DNA of 64,000 bases. It comes from Azolla caroliniana (Eukaryota > Plantae > Polypodiophyta). Within the stretch, counting starts at the first letter, position 1. Every line of letters begins with the position of its first letter. The notes under the pieces were generated by a model. It saw nothing but the letters and a program-made list of their open reading frames with translations. It did not search any database and had not been told where the DNA came from. A program made the translations under genes and the position numbers. This document shows positions 51,422 through 62,060 of this stretch, piece after piece. Location: the NCBI GenBank assembly GCA_043228905.1, contig JBHGNT010000017.1, positions 6,758,001 to 6,822,000 on the forward strand, in the 5' to 3' direction.

Positions 51422-54325
51422 TGTTACCCCGTACGAGTTGTACGGAGAGTCAAGTGTGATGAGCGAGGGTCGAATATTATCATGATGATGTTGTATATGT
51501 GTAGGGAACATAAATGTAATTGTGAGTTGATATGTATGTGAACACATGCACACGTGTGTGCATGTGGAGGGATACGATGAGGTGTGAGTGAGTGTCCAGT
51601 ATGAATGCTCTATGGAGCTTACACCCCTTTGTAACTACCCCCTCTTGTACTATTTAACCCCTTATGGGGAATGAATGAAGAATGAACCATTTTCTCTCCT
51701 AATCTCTCTCTTGTCATCCCACTTTCTCTCTCTCTCTCCCCCTCAACGTTGAATCCCCTTGGGAGGGGGGTGGAGCCATTCTAGGCACCACCCCCCACCC
51801 CGCAATGCTTCTCTATACGATCTCTCATCATCATGCTCTTCATCATCCTCATCATGACCACCATGTCTATCTTTATTTATCATGATTATCATCCTTAACC
51901 CTAACCTTAAAACCTATAACACATTTTGGCGACCACTACGGCGACCCCCCTTTGGAAACGGAGTCAAAGAATGATACGCGGTGATGAAGGCCATAGCGAA
52001 GGCCATAGCGACATATTTGTGTGAGTACAGGAAATGACAATGCGATGAAAGAATTCATGAATGGAACGGTGTTTATGTAAGGTTGCGATTGGTGTCCATG
52101 TACGTGTTTCCGAATGCGGTTAGTGACAATGTGCGTGTTCGAAGCGTGGTGCAAGATGCACGGCTGGACAAACAGCGACGCAAAGAGAACCGGTGCAAGC
52201 ACGACCGGTAAGAGAAGCCCACCAGGAGACTGCGGTGGAAAAGACGCAGTGTGTGGAGCGGAGGCCGGCAGGATGTGCTGAGAGTGCACGAGAGATGGTT
52301 CCAGACGAAGCAACGCAGAAAGAGTCGAAACCGGAATCGGAGCAAGAACCAGACTTGGTTCACATCGAATGGCCATAGAAGACGGAGAAGGAGATGCAAA
52401 AGCAGACCAGACATCGAGGACCAGAGACACCAGAAAGCCACGAGCAAACCCTAGGTCGAATACCGGACGAGACTAACAATGGCGACCATGGGGCAACATT
52501 GCCGGACAGAAGGCACACATGCACCGGACAGGGACGATAGGGAAGCCGGTATCACCGGATAGAAGCAGAAGAGCGGTCGACAGCACCAAGATAGATAGAG
52601 ATGGAGGTGAAGCCGGAAAAGCTCCGACCGGAGAGCGACCGAAGAGCAGTTGGAGTGGCTGAATGGCGTCGGACCGAGCTACGACCGAAACAATGACAAA
52701 GAACAAACAGTCGCGGTGGGATATGCGTCCGAATAGAGGCGGCCAATCACAAAGCGATGGTGACAAACAGAGACTGACCGGAATGGGCCGGACAAATGAA
52801 CAGAATGTCCGGGACCGAAGGGTCGTTGACATCAATACCAAAAGCGCTACGGAGATAGAGAAATAGACAGACGACCAGACACCGACAGAGACGGAAGAGC
52901 GACCTAAGAGCGGTCGTAGTGGCCGAACGGCGTCGGAATGGAGGTTGCTGGACAAAGAACCGCCAAACAACGGCCGGAATGGGACGACGATCGGACAACG
53001 GATGGCCGGACAACAACCAGTGGATGAATAGAGAGACAGAGACCTCGGAAGAGCCGACAACCACCACAGGCGCAGACCTAACAGGAGGCCGACGGGATGC
53101 GTCAAAACAAAGGAAGAAATACGAAGAAAATAAGAAGAAACAGAAATAGAGAAGCAAGAAAGCGATAGGCATAGAAGAAGATGGAGAAATAGAAAGAGGA
53201 AGAAGAAAACAGGAAACGACAGGGAGTAGAAGGATGGGAAGCAACGGACAATGGACATAGCAGTGGTGAATGAAGAAGAGAAAGAAGAAGATGATGCAGT
53301 CTGAGAAACAGAAAGAAGAGACAGAAAGAAGAGAGAGAAAGGCATACACGGAAGAATAAGGAAGAACGGGAAGAAAGAATGAGGAAGAAGAAAGCAGGCG
53401 AGAAAGAAAGAAAGAAGTAGTAACAGAAATGGAAAAGAAGAGGGAAAGAAGAGAAGGAAAGAAGAAAGATGAGGGTATATAAGAAAATTTTAAAAATCAA
53501 AGGGCACCTATGAAATTTTGAAATCTCATCCACCTAAAGAAATGGACGTGATCGACCATGACAACTCACAAAATCAACAAAGAATAACATACATGCACAC
53601 AACATTTTTAAGGACCCGAAAGAGGATACCAAAGTTCGTAAGACGACAGAATGAGAATGTTCGTGTCGCGGAAAAGTCGCTGACCGATGGAGATGATCGA
53701 GTCAAGCGCTCCGATCGAGGGAGTCGATCGTTGAAAGGACCGATGGAAGTTCCGGTCGAAGAGATATCATCATCAAGGCATGTGGGATCGACGTGCAACG
53801 CACTTTCCCACGGGCGTGCCATATGTGTTACCCCGTACGAGTTGTACGGAGAGTCAAGTGTGATGAGCGAGGGTCGAATATTATCATGATGATGTTGTAT
53901 ATGTGTAGGGAACATAAATGTAATTGTGAGTTGATATGTATGTGAACACATGCACACGTGTGTGCATGTGGAGGGATACGATGAGGTGTGAGTGAGTGTC
54001 CAGTATGAATGCTCTATGGAGCTTACACCCCTTTGTAACTACCCCCTCTTGTACTATTTAACCCCTTATGGGGAATGAATGAAGAATGAACCATTTTCTC
54101 TCCTAATCTCTCTCTTGTCATCCCACTTTCTCTCTCTCTCTCCCCCTCAACGTTGAATCCCCTTGGGAGGGGGGTGGAGCCATTCTAGGCACCACCCCCC
54201 ACCCCGCAATGCTTCTCTATACGATCTCTCATCATCATGCTCTTCATCATCCTCATCATGACCACCATGTCTATCTTTATTTATCATGATTATCATCCTT
54301 AACCCTAACCTTAAAACCTATAACA
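51422..54325 (+). mobile_element. Non-coding non-autonomous LTR element J: LTRs 51422-51921 and 53826-54325
   Basis: 500-bp LTRs with no difference seen by eye; TSD CCGGC; PBS TGGCGACCAC at 51927-51936; purine-rich internal region without retroelement domains. Confidence 0.94.
53782..53821 (+). promoter_or_regulatory. tRNA-Arg(UCU)-like 3' motif at the PPT position of element J
   Basis: GTGGGATCGA[CGTGCAACGCACT]TTCCCACGGGCGTGCCA-TATG-LTR. Confidence 0.8.
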
Positions 54326-54437
54326 CCGGCCGCCTTCTTCAAGTCGTATTCGCGGTTCCGTAATGCTTCTTGTGCGGCGAGCTCATCTCGTAATTCCTCA
54401 AGCTCTTGGGCTTGCGCCGCATATTTCTCTGGGATAG

Positions 54438-55057
54438 TTTGTGTCTCCGGGGTCTTATTCTTCTGTACATCAACCGGAATCACCGATGCTTGGATCTGCG
54501 TTGCGGTTAAGGCCATTTTGGCCATATCTCATGTGATCCGATCCAAGTCTTGTTCGAGGCACCGGATCCTTGATCGGCCGTCTCCAGTTCATCGGTTGTG
54601 ACGAGCAACCGTTCCGTTTGCGCTCTTTCCTCCGCCTCTATGCATCCGACTACTCCGGCAATTTGGTCTCCTATCCACCGGAGCCATTGGCTGCCGGTGC
54701 ACTGTTGTTGTGCTTGTACGGAGAGTTGGCTGATGGGTTCACTCCGGCAATTTGTGTCTCCGGGGTCTTATTCTTCTGTACATCAACCAGAGTCACCGGT
54801 GCTTGGATCTGCGTTGCGGTTAAGGCCATTTTGGCCATATCTCCTATGATCCGATCCAAGTCTTGTTCGAGGCACCGGATCCTTGATCGAGCCGTCTCCA
54901 GTTCATCGGTTGTGACGAGCAACCGTTCCGTTTGCGCTCTTTCCTCCGCCTCTATACATCCGACTACTCCGACAATTTGGTCTCCTATCCACCAGAGCCA
55001 TTGGCTGCCGGTGCACTGTTGTTGCGCTTGCACGGAGAGTTGGCTGATGGGTTCACT
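54438..55057. repeat. ~313-bp tandem duplication in the extra ORF of I
   Basis: The block starting TTTGTGTCTCCGGGGTCTTATTC occurs at 54438 and again at 54751. Confidence 0.9.
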
Positions 55058-56347
55058 CGCCGGTGGCTGGTCCCGCCTTTCTGCCTGTTGTGCCGGGACT
55101 TCTGTGACTGGTTCCATCCAAACCGGTTCCGGTGCCTCCCTTGGCGTGGGTTGCTCAGCGTGAGTTGCGGGCGTTCCATCCTTCTGTGGGTCCGAACGCT
55201 TCCCGGCTGATTCAACGGTGCTCTTCACCGGCCGCCGCTGGAGGTGCTCCGTGGGTTCTTCCTCCATTTCTTCCGCCTGTGTCCCGACATTCATTCTTGC
55301 CGCCAGGGTGTCCGTTTCCTGTTGCACCGGTCGCTGGAGTGGGCTCTTCAGGGGCCGTGTCAGTGTCTCCTCACTTGCATCCATCGGCCGCTTCCGGCTG
55401 GCGCGCTCCTTTGCCGCCTTCTCTGCGTCGGCAGTCTTACCCTTAGTGGCCTTGGAGGCCAACAATTGTTGCCGTTTCGAAGCAGGTTTCGGGGTGCCGT
55501 CCGTTGCTCTTCCCCGCTTCTTGGTTTGCATGGGCTCGACCGGTGGTGCCAACAGGGTGAGCCATTGTGTCACCGCATGCCATATTTTCCGGACTTCCTT
55601 GCCCTCCTTTCCTCTTACTATAACAATCGCCGTACACAACCCGTTGGCGATCAGCACCGGCCAATCTACCTTGACCCCTTTGTACGTTGCGATGATCAAG
55701 CCTACTCGGTTCTGAGGCATGACGGGGGGTCGAGGGTACACGTGGCCGAACTCATGGAGCACCCGGGCAATTTCGCAGAATAGCATATCTTCGCCGCCCT
55801 GTGTCCTGTAGCCCTTGCTGGCTAGAGAGTACTCACCGAAGTATTTGATGAGTTGCTTGGAGGTAGGATTGTCGATCGTGTAGATGCCTCCCTCCGGAAA
55901 GCCTATTAACGCACGGATCGCCTCCTCCGTGATCACCTTTGTGTTGATTTCTTTTATAATCTTTTCGGCCTCCTTATGTGGCGCCGCCTCCATGATCGTT
56001 AAGAAACCCTCCAGACCGTGCTGCCGTAACCATTTCTTGGCGGCTTCAGACAACGTTTGGCAGTCCATCTCTGCGTCGACGTCGGAGAGTGTTGGCGAGG
56101 TTTGATGGTGGGGAGAGTGTGAGAGAGAAAGTTCTGAGGGAGGGGGTTCTCTGTGTGCGAGCTCTCTATGATTGATCTTCACGCGTCGCTTTGTGTCTGT
56201 TCTCCTTGGTTCGCGATAGGAGAAGGTCTCGATGCGTGGGGGTTTTTCTCTTTGCATCTTGGCGCCTTTTTCGAGCCTCCGCATGTGTAGGTCGTGTACT
56301 ATAATAGCATTGTGTGCCATGTGGCGGTGGTTTAATGTCCTATTCAT
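54671..56347 (-). CDS. Element I extra ORF of unknown function (globular N-terminal part, then low-complexity and coiled-coil); continues in broken form across the J and K insertions
   Basis: 558-aa ORF in sense orientation after the protease. Coiled-coil-like fragments at 54326-54525, 50590-51420 and 44560-44967. Confidence 0.55.
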   Translation of the reverse strand: MNRTLNHRHMAHNAIIVHDLHMRRLEKGAKMQREKPPRIETFSYREPRRTDTKRRVKINHRELAHREPPPSELSLSHSPHHQTSPTLSDVDAEMDCQTLSEAAKKWLRQHGLEGFLTIMEAAPHKEAEKIIKEINTKVITEEAIRALIGFPEGGIYTIDNPTSKQLIKYFGEYSLASKGYRTQGGEDMLFCEIARVLHEFGHVYPRPPVMPQNRVGLIIATYKGVKVDWPVLIANGLCTAIVIVRGKEGKEVRKIWHAVTQWLTLLAPPVEPMQTKKRGRATDGTPKPASKRQQLLASKATKGKTADAEKAAKERASRKRPMDASEETLTRPLKSPLQRPVQQETDTLAARMNVGTQAEEMEEEPTEHLQRRPVKSTVESAGKRSDPQKDGTPATHAEQPTPREAPEPVWMEPVTEVPAQQAERRDQPPASEPISQLSVQAQQQCTGSQWLWWIGDQIVGVVGCIEAEERAQTERLLVTTDELETARSRIRCLEQDLDRIIGDMAKMALTATQIQAPVTLVDVQKNKTPETQIAGVNPSANSPYKHNNSAPAANGSGG

Positions 56348-56483
56348 AGCTCCTCGTACCTTTTCAACGTGCCTCTTTACTCCTCGTGTGCATGGCCGTT
56401 TCCACCACTCCTTTCCATGATTTATTTGATTCGCTCCTTTATTCTCTTTTTTTTCTTTTTCTTTTTTTAACTTACTTGTGTGG

Positions 56484-58989
56484 TTAGTTTTTCTCCGGTC
56501 GTGTCGGACCTTTGCCCGAAGCGTGCAACTGGCCGGCCTCTTGACGGTTTGCCGTCTTTAACCAAGGGCGTCCCAACAATAATGGGCACGCTCCTTGAGC
56601 CTGCAACTGGAGAACTACGGCTGAGATTTGGAATGTGTGGCCCCCGATGGTTACTTCCAAGTTCCGTATTAATCCTGTCGGTCGCACCGAGCTTGTGTCC
56701 GCCATTCGGAGCCAGAACGGACATGGCTCCCACTCTTGGATTCCAAGAGCATCGCACGTCCGGAGGCATATTACATTAACGCCAGAGCCTTCGTCTATTA
56801 TTGTGTCGGGGAGTTCTTTCCCTTTCACAATGGCCGTAATTGCCGGATTGTTGGTGTCCACCACCGCCGGTCCCTCCTCCGGATTTGAGAAGAATGCCAG
56901 AGCCGGTGGTGTTCCGCCTGTCGTCATGCCGGACTTGAGTCCTTCTGTGAATCTTGGTGCTAGCTGCAAGAGTTGTCCTAACGGCAGCGTGATCTAGCAT
57001 TCCTGCAATACCTGCCGGCGAGCTATTCGGTGTTCTCCTTCTGTTGCGCGAGTTCTGCTACGTTTCGCTCATTGGCCTTTTTCACCCATTCCGTTGCCTA
57101 TTTCTGGATGGCATCTTGTGTCTCCCATTCCGTAGTCTTCCCCTTCGACCTTGTGGTGACCTGCTGGAGGTCTGCGACTTCGGCGACTACCATGTTTACT
57201 GCCGGTCGCTTATCATAGCTTTTTGCCGAACATTGATTACTATAATGTCCTTCTTGCCGGCAGTAATAGCAATATGCTTTCCGGATGTTGCTAGATTCAA
57301 CATTGTTTCCTGTACCCGGTGGAGGACTTGTGGTAACCGCGGGGCTCTGGTCTGGTTGGTTGCTTGAGGCGCCTTTTTCCGGTTCACGTGGGTGGCTCCC
57401 GTTTTTGAAATGCCATTTTTTATTAAAGTTCTTTTTGTTGCGCTACCCTTGCTGGGGTTGGTTGTCATACTTCCCGTAATCTTCCCGTTGTTGGTGATAC
57501 CCGAGGGAGTGATCCCGGTTGTGATGCTCGTACCGTCCATTGTAATCTCGGTACTTGTCGTATGTCTTGTACTGGTCATAGTTGTCTCGCCGATTGTTGT
57601 ACCGGACATCTTGTGCCGGTCGATATCGCTCCTCTCGTTGCCAGCGTTCGTCTTCTTCGTCTCGGCTGCTACATGGCTCGATTTGCTGGACTGGTGGAGT
57701 TTGCCGATTCAATAAGTTATATTCGCACCGGTCCATCGTGTGGCTCGTAGATTGGCAGAGTAAGCAGTGCGTCCGCATGGTGCACTCCAGTGACGAGTGT
57801 CCGGAATTCAAGCAGGTCGTGCATTGGATTGCTTGCCGGAAACAGAGATCCTCATCGGTTGGTAATGCTCGTTGGAGGGCTCCCATTGTTAGCCAAGAGC
57901 TCATTTTCTCCATTTCTCTAACCCGGTCGATGACCTGGTCGATGGTGCTTGTGCGAAAGTCGATGACCGTGCATACCGTTCGTAGAGGTTCCTGGAGCGC
58001 GGCTAAAAATATAGCCCGCGTTTCCTCCTCCGGAGGTGTGCGGGTAAGCTGACTGTGCATCCGTTGAAACCGGATGACAAACTGTGGGATGCTCTCCACG
58101 GGGTCCTGCCGAATTGTATAAAATAAGCCCACCATTTCTCGTTGATCCACCTCCTTCTGGAAGAAGTGCAAGAATTTGTCTTTCAGGTCTGCAAAGGTGG
58201 TGATGGTGTTGCGATCTTGCGTTCGGTGCCATCTGGCGGCCGGTCCTTCTAATGTCACGCCGAATTCGGCTATCTTAGATTGTTCCTCTTTTGCCGCGGT
58301 TAACCGTTGTGACACATGGTTCGCTTCCCATGTTTGTTCAAACGCGTGAACATGAGCCTCCGCATCCGGGTCTTCCCGATACTTGGAGTACTGGAACAGC
58401 ATGTCGTCGTCTGGTGTCGGTACGCGGGTTGGCGGTGACTGTGGTCTTTCCTGCTGTTCCCTCGGCGTCTGAGGTCTTTGCCGGTCTTCCTTTGGTGTTG
58501 CCGGCTCGACTTCCGGTGTTGGAGGTTTTTGCCGGTGCACTTCCGTCTCCGAAGGTTGCTCCACGACGAGTGCCGGAGGTTCCAGGTCTGCCAACTCTAG
58601 TTCTGGTGTCGGTAAGGTATTCGACTCCTCGTCCTCCGGTCCTCCGGTCCTCCTGGGGTGTCGTTACTGCTGCGATAGTTCGTATGCACGCTATAACCCC
58701 CTTCCGAATCCAATTCCAACGCTGAAAATGCTTCGGATTCGCCATCTCTTCCGGCCAAGGCCTGGAGAAGGGTTTCCGCTTCCCGGAGGCTGCTTAAGCT
58801 GCTTCCTTCGTCCGGGTAGGCGTTTTGTTGCAGACGGAGCGACTCCTTCGCCACTTTCCGGATCACTTTGGAAAATGATCGATCCGTTCGGATTTCTTCC
58901 GCTGCTTGCTGGAAAGCCTCTCGCCGCCGTCTCCGTTCAGCAAGTCTTCGTGCTCTCTCCATAACCGGGTCGTCTGTTGGCCTAGTCAT
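56484..58989 (-). pseudogene. Element I gag (double zinc knuckle) plus aspartic protease, frameshifted and with stops
   Basis: DAEAHVHAFE...LEGPAARWH...TFADLKDKFL gag; CTTCLNSGHSSLEC and CYYCRQEGHYSNQC knuckles; IIDEGSGVNVI and LLLGRPWL protease. Confidence 0.88.
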
Positions 58990-60449
58990 CCATTCCTGTC
59001 GCTGTTCGCTGCGATTATGCAGGAATCGTGGTCGCCAAAAACTGTGTTATTGCTAGGGCCGGACAACAGCCTAACACAGGGTGTCCACTTAAGACACGTC
59101 ACCAAAGGGTGGTACGGCATAATGACTTACGGCACAACGCTTAATTAGACCTTAATCGATTACTTAGCCATCCGTAATTAACACGCGTAAGATATAACAA
59201 TGAATACAAAACGGTAACCAACACTGGAAGATTAAGACAATAAGCTTTATTAATTATCCGCTCCTGATTACATTGTAACCGGGCCTTTATATAGGTCTCC
59301 AGTGCGAAATACAAAACGGTGCCAACCAGCACCTTTACGGGATCGTTCCAGATCCGGATCGGCATACCGATTCCGGTCCGTCTGTCCACATCTTCTTATA
59401 TAATAATATATATATTAAGACTACTAATTACAATAGTTCCTGAATAACTATTCCTTTCACACTCTAGTTTGGACTTCCTTAAGCCTTCTTGCCGGCCGGT
59501 AACAGACACTCTGATCCGACAACGTAGACGAATACACCTCTAGAGCCTTCGAGCAGTACCTGTCCGACAAAGGGATCCGACATCAAAAGATCGTTCCGTA
59601 CACACCTATGCAGAACGGATCAACCAAACGATCCAGGAGAGGGTGTTGACAATGCTCTAGCAAGCCAGACTAAAGTTGGAGTTATGGGCCGAGGCATTGC
59701 AGATGGCAGTATACCTGATAAATTTGTCGTCATCAAGAGCAATAAGGCTCAAGGTGCCATAGGCATCATGGTTAGGAAAACAACTGACCTACGATAGGCT
59801 CCATATTTTTGGATGCGAAGCCTACGCATTCATCCCCAGGGAGAAAAGGACCAAATGGGCACCCCATACAACGAAATACATATTTCTCGGTTATGGAACC
59901 GATGGGGACTTCGGCTACCGGCTATGGGACCATGAGAACCGGAAACTAATCCGGAGCAGTGACATAGTCTTCAACGAAGACTCTATCTCCTCTCAGTAGA
60001 ATCAATAGAAAATAGTTGGTAAAAAGGTATCCTTCGAAGACGATAGAGTTGTCGTAGAAGGACTCACCCACCGGGCCGACTCAGAGATTCAACAAACAGT
60101 TGAACTCGAACAAGACAACAATACACTTGTTGACTCTGAATCGACAACATGTCCAAGAGTCGAACTCGAAGACAAAGTCAAATGGACTAGAGTCGGAAAT
60201 GACAGAGTCACAAGAGACAAAGTCCAACCAACCGAAACACCGGATATGACTCAAGGGATAAACAGAACCGAGTCAACCGATTACCCAAGGGAGAATGACA
60301 CGACACCGTTGAACTCCCAACATGGGGGCGGGTCATCTAACCAGACTCCAGATACTACTAGTTGAACAAATGCCGATCGACCAATAAAGCCGATCGAAGG
60401 ATCCAAACCACTCATTTCGGCACCCAGGAGATCTGGACGAGCTCGAAGG

Positions 60450-62060
60450 TTGACAGAGTTCTATCAACCAAGCCTCGACTATGTCAATTACACCGATGCA
60501 GGCGAACCAAGCACATATGAAGAAGCTATGGCCACACCGGACGCAAAAACATGGCTACAAGCCATGAAATTCAAAATGGACTTCATTCACAAGAATCAGA
60601 CATGGGAGCTGGTCGAACTGCCAGTTGGAAGAAAGTTGCTACCTTGCAAATGGGTTTTTCGATACAAATATGTATCTGACTCAAAGAAACCCAAGTACAA
60701 AGCTCGGCTCGTCGCAAAAGGGTTCAAACAAGAACATGGGGTCGACTACAATGAGATATTCTCACTAGTAGTCAAGATGACCACCCTCAGACTCCTACTA
60801 GGAGTTGTGGCGACAGAAGACCTAGAGCTAGAGCAACTAGATGTAAAGATGACATTTCTACACGGAGATATGGAAGAAGACATTTTCATGTCTCAACTGG
60901 CAGGCTTCACGACGATGGGGGAGGAAAGTCACCTCGTATGTAGACTGAAGAAAAGCCTTTTTGGATTGAAACAAGAATCGAGGATGTGGTACCAAAATTT
61001 TGACTCCTACATCAGGCAGCTTGGATACCAATGATCAGACTTCGACCCGTGTATGTACATTCGGCAACTGGCCGACGAGTCTAGTATTTATCTGATCCTA
61101 TATGTCGACAACATGTTGATTGCAGGAAGCAATCAAGCAGAGATTGGAAAGCTGAAGCGGAGCCTTCATAACAAGTTCGCGATGAAGGAACTCGAAGAAG
61201 CCCGTCACATATTGGGCATGAGGATCGAGCGAAATCGGATGACCAAGACTCTCCGACTCTCCTAATCCGACTATATCCAGAAGGTATTGAAGCGCTTCAA
61301 CATGGAGAATGTGAAGCCATCACCAACATCGCTTCCAATGTTGATCCGACTATCAGATAGAGACTCTCCTTCAATGGATAAGGAGAGAGAGTTTAATGGA
61401 AAGATGCCCTACGCATCGGCCGTAGGAAGTATCATGTACGAAATGGTGGCGACCCGACCCGACCTAGCCTATGTCGTAGGGGTGGTCAGCCGGTACATGT
61501 CGAATCCAAGACGGAAGCATTGGGAGGCTGTCATGCACATCTTCAGGTACCTAAGATGGACCAAAGACACACAACTGACTTTCGGTTTGACAACCTCAGC
61601 CGAAGTTGAAGGCTACATTGACTCTGACTATGCTAAAAATACAGACAATCGGAAGTCAACATCTAGTTATATCTTCACCTATGGTGGTGGTGCTATATCA
61701 TGGAGGTCGAAACTTCAAGATTGCACGACCTTGTCAACCACAGAGGCCGAGTACATAGCAACATCGGAGGCAACGAAGGAAGCGATCTAGTTGCACCGAC
61801 TGTTTATTGATTTTTTAGCTATAGGCTGATTCGACTAACCAACGCCGACCATCTATTGCGACCCACAGAGCATAATACACATCATCAACAATATGGTCTA
61901 TCACGAAAAGATAAAGCATATTGAGGTGCGGTATCATCACATCCGGGAGCTCATAACTGAGAAGAGGCTCGAAGTCCGAAAGATCAACATCAAGGTGAAC
62001 ATCACCGATAGCCTAACAAAGCCACTCCCAGATCAATGCTTCAGAGCACTAAGAACCTGA
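60450..62060 (+). pseudogene. Copia RT-RNase H of element H (stop-interrupted)
   Basis: ORFs 60450-61034, 61053-61265 and 61287-61790 are in frame and separated by stops. Confidence 0.9.

Larger units (their letters stand above)
44063..59504 (-). mobile_element. Non-autonomous gypsy-type element I: LTRs 59045-59504 (5') and 44063-44522 (3'), gag-protease plus an extra ORF, no RT/RH/INT
   Basis: 460-bp LTRs; TSD GACAC; CTATATAAAG TATA box and AATAAA on the minus strand; PBS TGGCGACCAC at 59028-59037. Confidence 0.92.

Noticed and set aside
52473-53533. 290-aa and 200-aa hydrophobic antisense ORFs in J as env-like or membrane proteins
   Set aside because: All frames are open because the strand is CT-rich, and no domain motif is present. 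Cannot be fully excluded without other copies.
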